Assembly (NCBI RefSeq): GCF_018977255.1
Contig: NW_024704743.1
Location: 91,390,001-91,454,000 of the forward strand
Direction: 5' to 3'
DNA length: 64,000 nucleotides
From: Callorhinchus milii
Taxonomy: Eukaryota
In this document: piece after piece, positions 36,146-50,100 of the stretch
Layout of the letters: each line of letters starts with the position of its first letter
How positions within the stretch are numbered: the stretch's first letter is position 1
Position numbers and translations under genes: made by a program
Notes under the pieces: generated by a model
The model's database searches: none
What the model was told of the DNA's origin: nothing
The model's input: only the letters and a program-made list of their open reading frames with translations

Positions 36146-38954
36146 AGCTGTTGTGCACCCTTATATGAACCTGACTTCCAGGATGACCCGTACGTTACAC
36201 ATGTAGACAGACTAACTCGTTCATTACCCACATGGACAGGACTGACCTGTGCCTTATTAACATACAGGACTGGTAGTCACACACAGGAAAACTGGGGGTG
36301 TTTTAGCTCCTAAAATTTCTAACAGATCAATTATTAAAAGCAAATGGAATTACTTTTGTTTCAAACACAAGCATGGATTATATCTTCTGACAGCTTCGGT
36401 GATTAAGCATCTGAATGGCGCCTTTTATACCTGCCTAATTACCCCACTTACAAAAATATTTTCATAAACTGCATGAAAGATTTTCATGGTATAATGAAAA
36501 TTGTGTACAGTTTGTTGCATTGAATGTAATTAACTGATGCGGTAGTAATTTCTTAAAAATGGAAGTGTGTTGTGTGCAACAAGGGAAGAATACAAATATC
36601 AGCAGCCAAGTGGAAGCTGCAGAAACATAGGCAAAATAATTCTTTCCACTCGAGGCAGATTCTGTCCATTCATATGCAAACCAGAAAAAATACAGCATTT
36701 ATATGAGAGAGGATATATTCAACATCAGTAGCAGCAGTGAATAAATGAATATAAATCACACAGCTTGTCTTAATTAGCAATATCGATGTGAGGTTTTTAA
36801 TTTACACCTGAATAAGTGAATGTCACTGAGGGTTGGAAAGGAGCATTTTCAACAGAATTGTTATATTATGGTTCCGGAGGCTTGGAATATTGTACCTTGG
36901 AGCTACATAGTGATACAACACAGAAACAAGCTATTTGGCCCAACTAGTCCGTGCCTATGTTTACACTCCCATATCCCTCACCTATACCCTTCTATTCCCT
37001 TCTCTCTCTCGTGTATGCCCTCCAAACTGAGGGCTTTCCATGATTCCCAAAGTCACATTGACTCCACACTTCTCCACACGTATTTTTGTAGGCAAACACG
37101 GCAGTCATTTTGTACAAAGTAATGCTCCACAAACAGCCATGAAGTAAATAACCAATTTTACCTGGGAGTTTGTTGGCCAGGACACTGGGAGAAACTCCCT
37201 TCTCTTTTCAAATAGTGTCATGGGGATTTTTAACATCCACCTTGGTTAAACATTTCGTCTGAAGTACACAACAGGACATGAAGCAAGCCAGAGTTGATAA
37301 AGTTTAGGAGTGGCAGTGGGGAGTAAGACCAAATAATTTGTGGAAGGAAATGGATGCTTGAACAGAGTACCAATGGAAACCTAGATCACAAAAGGTTTGG
37401 AAAATCTGAATCCAGAAATAGTTTTCAAAATTGCTGAGATAGTGGTCATATCTTTAAAACAAATATGACAATGCAGAAAAGAAAAACAGCAAGATGGTGA
37501 TAAACATAGGGAACAAACTGCCAGTAAGATGGAGATGGGAGGAAACTAGAAGGGGATTCATAAAGGAAGGAGACAAGTTCCTATCAAGTGTGGGAAATGA
37601 GATGGTAAATGGACCAATAATCTACACCTGTCTAAAACTGTTTCTATGCATCTCTCTTCTTGTTAAAAGAATATAAATAGAATCTGGTCTCTGATAGTGT
37701 CAGGCTATAACAAAATCAAATGGTTTGATTGATATTGTGAAGGTTGCTGCTGAATTCAGATGGGTGGATGTCAGTGTCAGAAGCAGCCTGCTGCTGTGTT
37801 GTATATGTCTTCCCGTGACTTCTGCTGTATTCACAGGTTACTAAGAGAAACTTTGTCAAGTTCTGAAATGGTTCTGTCACTTCTCATTTTCTGTGCGGTA
37901 ACTTACTTTCGTGCCCTTAACTGTATGCTGTGGGCGTGCCGAACCACTTGTCGGCACAAACGCTTCACATATTAATAAGCTCCAACCTCAACTGCTTCAA
38001 GATATGAATTATTCACTCGAATCTTGCATGCATTAGCTCTAAGCTCGCCGATGTTAACAATTACCTAGAAATTTGAAAAGTATTGCTCAGAAGCAACAGT
38101 ACAGTACTTCTGTTTTACATTTAAACAAACCGAACACAACTTCTCTCACCTAAAGGTAAGCCTGTTTATCCAAGACATGACTCTGAAAAGTGAGAACAAT
38201 ACCTTTAATATACCTACTTTGAAGTCCTCAAGGACAGCGACCTGTAATGGACCAGTGGATTGAGGACAGATAGGTTGGATAAATGATGAGACTGCAGATT
38301 GAATGGCCCTCTGGCCTCTGACACAGTGCAGATATAAGCCATTATTATTATTTACACTTGCTGCCAGCTATAAAGCCATTCTTCTGTTCTGCGGCAATTT
38401 CTTGCAAACACATTGCAAATCCTCCTGTAGCTCAGCACAGGCTCCGGCAGCTGAACAACAGAAGCTTCTGTCTCAGAACAAAGAAAGCCCTGATGCTCCT
38501 GTTAAATGAACTCTAACCATTGAGTGCATGGGAATCGGACCACCAAAACGTGTGCACAAGCTTCTGGCTGAGCCCGTATTTGCAATTTTATGGTGCTATT
38601 TGGGGGTGTTTTGTGGGATTAGAACCACAGAAATTTACATCACAGAAGGCAGCCATTCTTTTAAGAGCAATCCTTTCAATACCATTTACCTGCCCTTTCC
38701 CCATACTCCTGTCGAGATATCTATCTAGTTCTCTTTTGAAGCTGGTAGGGATTCTGCCTAAACCTCCGATCCCGGCAAGGCATTATCAAAAGTATCCTCA
38801 CTCATGTTGAGAAAGAAGATGTTGGGTAGAAAGATGGTGGCAATGTTCTCACGCATTTCATGCTGAGCTAAAATGCTCACCAGGAAGCTCGCAGGAAATC
38901 TCTGGTATCTGCTATCCACCTAGTGAGGGCTCAAATCGCGCTTTTTGGATGTCA

Positions 38955-39420
38955 AATGACCGACCAGTAACTATTCTCCTTGGGGGAAGGTAAGCAGGGT
39001 CTCCTTGGAACTGAACTGGCTCCAAGGTGACATACTTGGCAATAAAATATTGGAATCGAGCCAACCCTCTGTGGCAGTCTCGGTAGGCTGATTACTGAGC
39101 CAGGCAGGTCCGCAGTATTCCAGGGCACTGCTGGTGACAGCACAGCCCGTCTGGCTACTTGGAAGGGCAGACCAGCCACTGGAGACAGTGACTTTTCCCA
39201 CTCAGCTCCAGTTAACAGTGCAAGCCAAAGCCTAGCTGGCAAGCTATGCGGTTGCAGCTGGTTAGACTCCAGAAGTACCCCCACGCACACTCTGGGGTCA
39301 CAAAGCCTTGGCTCTTGCCAATCTGTGCCTCATACTCTCCGGAATTAGATAAGCAGGATGTATCCCACCAGTGAGAGAGTGTACATTCCATTCCAACAAA
39401 TATCTCTGGAATTTTCATGT
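38955..39420 (-). repeat. Unclassified interspersed repeat, copy 2 (inverted relative to 11965-12505)
   Basis: See copy 1; the ORF track also shows the shared peptide VLLESNQL in both. Confidence 0.8.
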
Positions 39421-41149
39421 GTAGGTGGGATACATGAATTTCTCGATTTGGTTTGGATACTCTTAAACATGGTGATGGATTTCTGCATGTGGTTGGACCA
39501 CCCTGGTTTAGATAATGATTTTAAGTCATGAAGTGAGCCCTGAACCCACAACCTTGAACCCGATTCATGACTTACCTCTGTGACTGCAGTTTCAGTCATC
39601 TTTCCCCCCACCTCCCTCCTCAGCTCCCATTCTCCGCCTTGTGTGCCCAGCACACAGTATAAATCGCTTTGAGATGTTCCTCTGACATGAAAGGTGCTAC
39701 ATAAATTGAAATTGTATCATATTCACAAATGTTGTGGGTATCATTAAGTAAATAATTCTGCTTTTCTTTTTTTCTGAAAAAAAACAAATCCTCTGCCTTC
39801 TTTTCTACGTACGGTGTAAGAAAATCTAAAAGAAACATTCCTTTTGAGTTACACTCAAGAACCACACCCCAAACAAGATCCCTTAATGTTCCTCCCTATC
39901 AAGGGTATTTCACTCTTTACTGTGACATGGGGTATATATAAAACATGTCATACAATCAAAACAGTTTATGCAAGATCATAAAAATGCACCTTAAAGATTA
40001 TTTGATGAAAGTGGAAAAAGCAGAATTCTTGTATGATTTCAACTATTGTTTAATATGTTAACAAGATTATTACTCATTGCTGTGCTACAGTTCTTTTTTT
40101 GCATGAATATTATGTTTTGTTTTCATGAAATGAGACTAAAAAAAATTAACAGAAAAATATACGAACCCTGTGGTATCAATGTTGCTTTGGTGGACGATTT
40201 ATAGTGCAGCTGTGCTGTGAATCTGTGGCTATAGGAACTTTGACTGCTACCCATGTTATTAGCTCTTATCTTTAATAATGGCTAGCTGCTCGCTGGGTAT
40301 TCTGCCCTTCAGAGGTGAAAGGTGGAATCTGGGGAGACAACTCCATCTGCTCTTATAAGATAAACACGGCAGTAGGTGCTGGAAAGGAGCCAGCCGCACA
40401 CATTGCTGGCTATCAGCCTTGCAGTGATCGCCAGAACATCAGTCTTCACTTTATTATCACAATTTGTTGCCCAGAGTTTACTTCCATGTTTTCATTTACT
40501 GTGCGGCTCCATAAATGAAGCGAGCAGTATCACGCTGGCAGCTGGCAGCACCACAACCTTTGATAAAAGCAATTTCACAAGAGTATTTTTTAATCAGTGC
40601 GGTTGGTACTGTAGGGTAAACTGATTCCTGTCTTTACAATGTAGAGGTGCACCGAGATGGACAGCAAAAGTGCTTCTGAAAATCAAAAGCAATAAAAAGT
40701 GTGCAACGTTCACATCAAAAATAATTAATGCTTTTTGACATCCTATTTGCATTGAGTTAACTTTCAGATATCAAGTCATCTATGCTAATGGTGAATGTTG
40801 CAGTGTGTTTGTCATAGATAGGGGGTTAGAGGCAATTAAACAGGAGGTGCAACCAAGTGCTTTAATCAGCTGGTGCTCCAGCATCAAACACATTGCATCT
40901 CATTGTGACCATGAGTACATTCAATTAAATGGTGTCACACTGTTCGGAGGTGGTAATGAAATCATTCAAAGCTAACACTGCTTTTCTCGCAGAATATGCT
41001 GCCCTACGATCATATTTTAATGTAGGATTATGTATTGTCTCCAAAGATCTTGGCCGTCATTTTAAAACTGGAGCTGGTGGCAGATTGTGCGGTGAGGCCA
41101 GGGAGAAGTGGAAAGAGAGAGCCAAATAGAAGAAGAGTGGGAAAGAAAG

Positions 41150-41154
<5 letters not shown>

Positions 41155-41186
<32 letters not shown>
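41155..41186. repeat. (GA)16 microsatellite within a purine-rich tract
   Basis: Direct reading of the sequence. Confidence 0.9.
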
Positions 41187-41188
<2 letters not shown>

Positions 41189-41574
41189 CCAATTGAGTGA
41201 GAGAACGAGACAGAGGAAGAAAATCAAAGCAAGAGAGACGCAAAGCAGGAGCATAAATAACCTACAAGGAAATTTAGATCAATGAGGCAGATGGGATAAT
41301 GTGTGACAGATGGATATTATGGAAATAAATGAAAGGTATTCAATATCAGAATAAGGGAAAATAAGCCTGTATAATGAAAGGATTTCCATTGCAAATGTGA
41401 ATAAAAACAGGATGCTACATTGCCAAGTCAGTTGAGGCCAGATATACAGCTGGGTGGGTGAGTATTTTGCAAGGATGAGATCAGAAGTCAAAGGGCCTTC
41501 TTCATTCCACCTCTCTTGTGTCATTGAATACAGGTTTACAGTCAATGTGAAGCTGCTGTGAAGGAATCAACAAC

Positions 41575-41800
41575 ATTGGGTGGCATCTTAAGAGCATTTG
41601 GCAGCAGACATCACTATAGCCTTGTATAGATCGAAGACAAGGCCACATATAGAAATTTGTGTGTAGTTATGAATATTGTATTGTCACGAGGTCATGGAAG
41701 CATTGGAGAAGATTCAGAGAAGACAAGGTTGATCCTGGCCTTCAGTTCTACGTTATTAAGAGAGTCTCAAAGAGTTGAACGTGTTCTCAATATGAAACGT
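41575..41800 (+). mobile_element. Very old CR1 fragment
   Basis: ttgtatagatcgaagacaaggccacatatagaa...gcattggagaagattcagagaagac resembles LY....RPHxE...LEKIQRR. Confidence 0.55.
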
Positions 41801-43963
41801 GTTCCAGAACTGTAAAATAATTATGTAAACAAATGCAGCCTATTTGATAATAAAACAAAGGTTCAGTGACCAAAATACAAAATACGGTTTAAAACTGAGG
41901 GACCATTGATGCTTTATTTCATTTCTTTAAATAAATCTTAAGATTTTTGAATTATTTTTTTGCTTGTCAAAGTGAGGGAAGTCAAGTACTGAGGTTTGGA
42001 ATAGCCCCCGGTCAGGTCACTAATAGAGATGAAAAAGCTGTGATCTACAATGGGATTCACTAACCACCGCTTTTTGAACTCCCAAATGCCTAAAGCCCAA
42101 CTTCAGAAGAGCACATGCAGTGGTGACATTTCATTAAGTTAGTGTTTCAGCATCACGAGTGTGAGACTTTTTGATATTTTTCGGAAGTTTTCACAAGAGG
42201 TTTGGATGAAGAAGGTCCTTCAGCCAGTTTGATCTCATCCTTCCTATAGCATCAAACTGTTCCTTAAATGAGTCCAGTGTTCTGGCCTCAAACACCCTTT
42301 CTGGTTATTCAGTTCCAGTTGTTAACCACCCTCTGTGTAAGGAAATACTTCCTTGTGTTTATCCTAAAATTGCTCTTCACCATCCTGAACCTGTTAACTC
42401 TGCACCAGCTGCCTTGGTGTATCTGGGAATATTGTTCTAGTTTTATTTTTTCGGCTTTGGTGAACTGTGGCAGTTTCACAGGAGATTTATACAGCCAACA
42501 GACAAATCTATTCCTTCTCTGTGAGGTTAATTTTAGTCCACACCCCAGTGTTAACTCATGTCAAAGTTTACAGTATCACCTTTTTTATTTGTGTTACAAG
42601 CAAATATCTTGCAGTAAGATGTCTAATAACATAACCAACAAATGTGATTGACATTTACTATTAAAGTCATTTGACAATTAAAAAGTCCACGTCTCAGTTT
42701 AAAAAATGACAGTTTTTCAATGAACAATACACTACAGTGAATGGATTAAATTAGCCACATAATGAATGAGAATGTGTGTACATACTACAGGTTTTAACAT
42801 GCCAGGGCTATTTTGATACAACACAAAGTAGAGTGCTAAAGTAAAACTATCATCTCCAAGAAACACAATAAACACACATCTTGCCCCCCCCATTAGTATG
42901 GAAATTTCAGCATTTCCATGTGTCTGCACCATGTTGGTTCCCCCAGTGGCCTTATCCATTCTAACTCCACTTCCCTGATCTTTCTTCATACCCCTTTATA
43001 TCTTCACATCTTTGATTAATTCCGTTTAAACAGAATCAAGATTTTTGTTTTTGCCCAGAATAGAGCAGAGCCCCATTATAATACATTGGTTAACATACTT
43101 CATGAAATCCCTGCCAGCATTATTACAGTCAGCACTTCCGGGTTATTAAAAAGCATGTTATAATGAATTCTGCTGCATCATGATTTCCCCCTTCCTATGT
43201 TATGACCTTCCCTATTCAAATCTGTCTTATTTTTATCCAATACACTGAATCATAGATACTACAGCAAAGGAAAAGACCACTTGGCCCATCGAGCCTATGC
43301 TGATGCTAGCTCCTCCCCTGGAGATAACTACACTAAATCTAATTGCCTGCTCTTTCCCTGCACATAATTTATTCTTGCTCTTCAAATGCTTATCATTTTC
43401 TCGTTCTTTCTTACTCTAGCACAACATAATGCTAAAACAGTATCTATAATAATATAGCAGATTGCAAATAAATCACAAAAATTACAAACTTGATGTGTCT
43501 CACCAACCTGAGAGTACAGGATGATTGATGATCTCGATTTTAAGCCATTCTTGGTTTATCTCGCTTGTCCTTAAATTGTCACTTGGTGCATGTAGAAATG
43601 TTTATTATTCATAGGAATATGAGAATGTAGGGACAGGAATAGACACTTCACCCCATCGAGCCTGTTCTGCCACACTTCATGGCAGCTCTTTATCCTTTTA
43701 ATCTCATTACCTCACCTTTCTCCATATCCCTTAATACCTTTGCTTCCTAAGTACCTATCCATCTCCCTTTTAAACACTTTGATTGATTTTGCACCTATGG
43801 CCTTTGGAGGCAGTGCATCTCACAGACCTTTTGTGTGAAGAATTGTTTCCAAAATTTGCATTAAACTTACTAAGCTTTTGCTGTTCAGTTTATCATTTCA
43901 ACTATTGATTATTAATACTAAACTGTACACTGTTCAGAAATAAGTAAAGAGAAATATACATAC

Positions 43964-44011
43964 CTATTGTAGAAATCATCTCGGTAATAATCGTAGTCAA
44001 AGTCGTAACCG
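43964..44011 (-). CDS. RALYL: RALYL internal coding exon (48 nt): (S)GYDFDYDYYRDDFYN(R)
   Basis: Minus strand reads tttcttttctcagcag|C GGT TAC GAC TTT GAC TAC GAT TAT TAC CGA GAT GAT TTC TAC AAT AG|gtatgt. The peptide matches the conserved GYxFDYDYYRDDFYxR motif of RALY/RALYL. The phase-2 end joins the next exon in frame (AG+G=Arg). Absent from the ORF track because it is short. Confidence 0.95.
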
Positions 44012-45793
44012 CTGCTGAGAAAAGAAAACAAATCAATGAAAGGATCAAAATAAAAGCTCTCAGTTTTTCTCAAACTTCAATGAAATTAATGTTGTTGAGC
44101 AAAACAGAACAGGTTTAATAGATAGAAAATGAAAGAGTATCGGGTTATACATGAGGAATATGTGTGCCAGAATCAATGGACAAAGTAAGTGCATTTTGTT
44201 TGGTACGTAATTGAAAGTGAAACACTTGCTAATGCAATGGATTGCTCGGACTGGAGAGTGCTCAAACAGTCAATATCTATCTATACAAATAGATGTCTTT
44301 CCTTTCAGTGAAAGAACCACTTACAATCACAACCACAACAACTTGCATTTATCTAATATCCTTCATGAAAAGTAATGTCTCGAAACGCTTCACAGCAGCT
44401 GCTCATCGAGTGGGGGAGGATGATCACAGGCACCGACAAAGATGTAGGTTTTTAGGTGCTTTTTTAAGATAGTTAGAGCGGGGAAAGATGGAGTGAGTTC
44501 CAGAAAATAGAGCTGCCTATGTTGGGGCTGAGGGGGCAAGGGACGTGCTACAGGCCAGAGTTTGTGGAGCAGAGGATGAGATCAGATGAACGAAGTTAGA
44601 AATGATCAAAGAGTTAGGAAGGTGCAAGGAGGTGAAGGTGAGGACTTTGAAGTTGATCTGCTGGGAGTCAGGCAGTCAGTGGAGTCTGGATAATGAGGTA
44701 TATCTGACTGGAGTGACTAAGTATTACTCCCTAAACCTTAAACACTGCTCGAGAACTAGATTAGAGTCAAACCTCATCTTCCACATGTTCCCCTCAAACT
44801 CTCTTAGCAGCATCTTTCTGTCACACACATATTCTCCCACAAAGTCCAGACATAGAGTGGAGAATGCGAACATTAAGATAGCATGTGGTTCACATCTCCA
44901 AGATGCTTAACCTGCTTCACAGCCCCAAGCTTCCACCACTCTGTGTCTCTGAGGTTCATTATTCTCTCACTATCTCTAACATGTGCTCTCCAATGCCATC
45001 AAAGTCATCACTTTGTTTTGTGTCTCACCATTCCTTGCAGATTTGTACCTTAAATCACCCTTAGGATAACTTTACAGCTCAAACTACTCTCCTGATAGTT
45101 CGGGTTCCTTAACCATTTTGTAAAGTTGGGAATCACCATCCACCAGCAGGAGCAGCCTCTGATCTTAGGTTATTGGCTGATTATCTAGCTTTGTGCTGGT
45201 GCTGTCTTTCATTGCTAAAGTGGCATTTTCCAATCTCACAAGTCATACTTTAACATAACTCTCTTATTTTCTAAGTGATAGTCACTATAGAAAGAGGAGC
45301 TCACAGTCTAGGCTGACACACCTGTGTAGTTTTCGGGGAGTGCTGCATTGCCAGAGGTACCCTCCATCAGATGAGACATTAAATTAAGATCCTACTGTAA
45401 AGTGTTGCAACTGAGTATTTGTGGCCGAATATGACAGCCAATTTGCGCACAGCAATGTATCACAGACAGCCATGAAGTGGGTATGAAATAAATAAGCAAT
45501 GTTTTAGTGATTTTAATAACTGCCCAGAGCATCTTAACTATCTAACCAAAATGCAACTAAATAAATCATTTTTTAAAAATCCCAGACACTTCTTGTTTTC
45601 ATCACAAGCTTGAATGTAGAACATAAATGGAAAGTCATCTGATTTCCTTCCTGTAGTTGCAAATCAATTTCCAAAGTTAAATCACTGTGCTAAACAAATG
45701 AGGGCTGAATAAAGCTCTGGAACCCTTATGATTTCAGGAAATAAAACATCATCAACAAGATATATTCACTGAAAAGCGACTTTATGTGACCTG

Positions 45794-45964
45794 AAACAAA
45801 AGCAAAAGTCCCTGAGAACACTCAGCAGGTCAGGCAGCATCTATGGAGAATGGAAAGTGAGTCAATGTTTCGGGTTCACGACTCATCGTCAGAACCCGCT
45901 GAGCGTTCCCAACGACTTCAATTTTTGTTACAGATTTCCAGCAGCTGCAGGATTTTGTATTTTG
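45794..45964 (-). mobile_element. Penelope-like mini-element with foldback ends and degenerate minimal hammerhead core
   Basis: Contains ctcagcaggtcaggcagcatctatg (also at 56881-56905). Minus strand CTGACGA-TGAGT-CGTGA-ACCC-GAAAC at 45867-45892. Flanked by near-identical 13-mers tttatgtgacctg (45781) and tttacgtgacttg (45965). Confidence 0.7.
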
Positions 45965-46727
45965 TTTACGTGACTTGTGTGCAGGACACAAGTATTTAAA
46001 TTAGTACTAATAAATTCTTAATGAAAAGGCAAATACTCTTCCTGGAGTAACATTTACCAGAAGTCTACAGTCTTCTTTCAAATTGAGCAACTCTATCAGA
46101 ATGCAAAGTGAATCAATGATTTGGGACTGTGTATATAATATTAGCAAACCATCTAACACATCTACAGAGCATGGTGTAGATGAAATTAATATAGAAAACA
46201 ATAGCAAAATATTGCTTCCCCCAACAAACACATATTAATGAATATTACAAACTATAGCCTAAGGAGGAAGTACATTTTTACTCTAACTCAATTGATCTCG
46301 GTGTACAAGTGACTTAACCTATTAGACATTCTGCTCAAGACTGTGTTGAGCTTGACTAAGGGTACATAACATTGTGTCTCACCTTTGCATCAAACATCTT
46401 TGGCTGTGTGACCCACAGTCCCTTTGGAGTTTACCACAGCTCTCCATCACTGCAGCATTTTCAGGCCAATGCAGACGATCTGTCCATCTAACATACCCAT
46501 TCATCAATTTTCCACACGATTCCCTCAATATATTTACCTCAAATCAAATAACCCTGAGTCCTTTTGGCTGACAGGAGCTCGTCTAATTTCATTCTGAAAC
46601 CCTTTGTGGTTTCCTGATCCAGCGCCTGCGCTAGTAGGCATTTCTAAACGCCAATCACACTTTTTCTGAAATATAAGGGTCTTCTCATTTCTGACCTATG
46701 TTTGCCCTTATTCTGAACACATGACAC

Positions 46728-47100
46728 TTTGAGGAAAGTGAAGGGTGATTTGATCGAAGTATTATAAAAGGGCTAGACAAGCTAAGCAGTTAATGACTTT
46801 ATCCTTTGATGGGTCCATCAGGTATGAGGTTAAAAATTAGGACAAAACAGGTTAGAAGCAAGGCGAGGAAACATTTCTTATTGCAGAGCAAATGAGAAAT
46901 TGAAATCCACAGCCCCCAGAAAACAATTAAAGAGAAATCTGTTGAGGGATTTAAGAGAGAGATGGAAAGATATTTGGGAGCAAAGATCTTAAGGGATCTG
47001 GCAAAAATGTGGGGAGGTAAGATTAGGGGATGTTACGTGGACCTTGGAATGGTCTGTGGTCGAGCAGGTTTGATGGGCCAAATTGTGTTCTCCTCTTCCT
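46728..47100 (+). mobile_element. CR1 LINE 3' fragment
   Basis: aagggtgatttgatcgaagt...gaggaaacatttctt...gagcaggtttgatgggccaaat typical of a CR1 ORF2 end and 3' UTR. Confidence 0.65.
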
Positions 47101-50100
47101 CGTTTCCCCTTTCCGGATACGCTACTTTTAGTGATTGTTCCCGAGCAGTGTATTGCCTCAATTGCAGAACAGATCATATTGAATTTGTTTTCATCCCGCT
47201 CCTACTAAATAGAAGTTGTTCAATGTTTTGCCCACAAAATATACAGTCAATTCGACATCTCAAAGACGTGATAAGGCGCTATATTAAATTCAAGGAGTAT
47301 TATATAGTATTTATTATAATGTGAAATTATCTGACTGCAAAGGAAAGGTGCTCCTTTATGTCAAGCAACTTGTCAGGGTTACTTTTACCGTATTAAATTG
47401 CATTCATTTGAACACCTGAACAAAAGGCTCTGCTACTTTCAAATGGATTCAAATTACACAGATGACTTGTCAAACTATCGCAAGGGCAATCAGAAATATC
47501 AATTTCTTGTGGTTAAACAGCAGTCATAGCTTTACCCAGAAGCTTATTTTAATTTTACCCCATTTCACAAATAGCGCCTTAAGTGTTGTAAACCTCAGTT
47601 ACTTCTGTAGCTATTGCAAAGTGTTCAAAGACTATACAAATCAAGGCTCTTTCAATGCGGGTACAAGGCTGACTGGGCTAAAATCTAGAAGCATATTGAA
47701 CAGTTTCAGCATCGTTTCTTTCTTTGACAGATGTAATTTTATGTCCAGCTGGCTTCTGTTCCCTCAACTCCAATGTGATAAAAGCAGGCTTAATCGACAA
47801 GAAAATCCCCACATTTCACAAAGCATTGAAAAAAAATGACTGCTCTGCTTTTTTCAAAATATATTTCATATATTTTGCACCTGGTAATTTTACCGCCCAC
47901 TGACTGCCAAGCAGAATATTCCATTCTAAACGTTGGGTAATATCTTTGCATTGCTGCCACCTCTCTGTATACAGTATTCCAATACATATGTTTCACTCAG
48001 AGTAAATGATTAGCATCAATTTGCTAAAAGCACGAAATGTAACCAGTTATTTTGAGGTGGATTCAATCAAATTAAGTAGCTCAGCATATCACAATGTTTT
48101 AAAAGGTGCACAGGACCATCACTATAAATCACATTTCTACTAGGGTTTTATTGTTCCTTAGAGACCTAGCCCAATACCGTTCCATACACTGCAGCTTTTA
48201 AAAACAGAATTTTTAATGTTTGTAATTGCACTGATGTGTTATGAGGCACAAAGCAATAGTGATGCTTTTCTCCAGCACTGCTGCCTGTTTTAATATGTGC
48301 AACAGCCCATGTTTCATTGCAATATCCAAGGGTACTGTTCTGAATAGGCACTGAGGAAGGATTAACAATTGTAACAATAATAATCCTTGCATTTGATGTA
48401 GCGCCTAATCACATCATCCAAATGACTCAAAGCGCTTCACAGGATGTTACTGTAAAGTGTAAGCGTTGCTGGTATTTGATGAGCTTCATTACTATAATAT
48501 TAGATTCTTTCAGCATCATAGCACATGAGCTAAAAATGTACACAATTGGTGAGCCAGAGAGGCTATGTTCTCCATAGTCCAGCAGGTAGTCTAATGATTA
48601 ATATTACATTTTTTCCACTTTCTTATGTGCAATTCCTCCATTTACAGACTCTACAAAGCATTGGCTGCTGTCCTTTAGGATGACTCATCACTCCCAGGAT
48701 TAAAGAACCACAAGCTGACACCAAGAAGTATGTTCAAAGCTCAATAATGTTGACCGACAAATGTATAATTCAATTAATGAGTGATTCACTTGAAAGTGGT
48801 TCAACTATATTTCTTAAAGCACAACGTCAATTGAGACGAGATCATACAATTCAGTTAGCACACTGAGCAGCTCAGCGACTTTGGAATGGCTCTGGAACTG
48901 AATCCCTACAAGTTCCTTTACCTTTTTGAGGTTGATTAAAATTAATGCACGTCTAAAATAATAATTCCACCTTGGGGAATAGTGTGGGTAAGCAAGGTCT
49001 CTCTGGAGTGAAAGTGATACTAGGTTTGGGTTAGGAGACATGCCACACAGGTCCTCAAGAACAGTCTTGGAGGTGCAAATATGTCTTTGTTGGATACTCT
49101 TTAAGAAAATAAGGACCAATTAACTAGGACCAATGAAAGGGGATGAGGAGGTAGAAAACCAGGAAGCAGGGAGAACTGACTGGAGGGTTTTTGGGTTGGA
49201 TTGTTTGATTTGTAATTTGCGAGCAGAGAATAAAAGAGTTTTCTACACATTGAGTGTTGAGAACATAATAGTGTTAAAGTCAAAACTTGAGTTCACAATC
49301 TAGTCTGATACTCCATGCAGTTTTGGGGATAGTCATATTATCAGAGGTGCCTATCTTCAGACTAGACATTAAACCAAAGTCCCATCTGCTTGTTCAGATG
49401 TATGTTGAAGATTTCATTATACTATTCAAAAAGAGGAAGGAGTTTCTCCTGGTGTTCAGGACAACAATTCTCCAACAAAATTAGACATTCACTTCTTGAC
49501 TGTTTGGTTTGTGGGATGTTGCTGTTTGCAAATTGGCTGCTGTATTTTCTCTGAAGTCAGACACTTGTCAGAAATTACCTGTGAAACACCTAGGAATGTT
49601 TTGACATTACAGGCACTGTGTAAAGTGTGAGGACCATTATTGTGATAATCCTCTCCTATACAAAAAAAACACAAAAATGGAAGCAAAGGAAATCAGCTAC
49701 AAATTATTTTTTAGCCATTTTACAGAGAATCAGAAGATTGAATCTTCTGGGTTGGAAATCACAGGTTAAATTTATTCCAAGACCCAACCCTGGACAGCAG
49801 TAAATACATCAATGGCATTTCAATGGTTCAGAAGTGTACATGACACTGTCTGGCAGCAATTGCTGAATTAAAGTTGACTTTCCTTTTTTATTCATAAACT
49901 CTGTAACGAGGTGTGAAATGCAGCCTTTGCATGGATGCTGCTCCTTTTGTGAGAGCGTCTGTCTATCAGATTGTTTTCGAGCTGTTTCACCCACTGCACA
50001 CACATGCTGTACGGCTGACACTCAGGAGATGGCTGTTCAGATAAACGTCAGGCGTACTTTATGCCTATGAATATCCTTCATTATTTTGTTCAAAATTGGA

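Noticed and set aside
41028..41243. ORF ending MTAKIFGDNT*, superficially like the RALYL N-terminus MTGK
   Set aside because: Stops after 10 codons, lies downstream of an internal exon and is mostly microsatellite translation.
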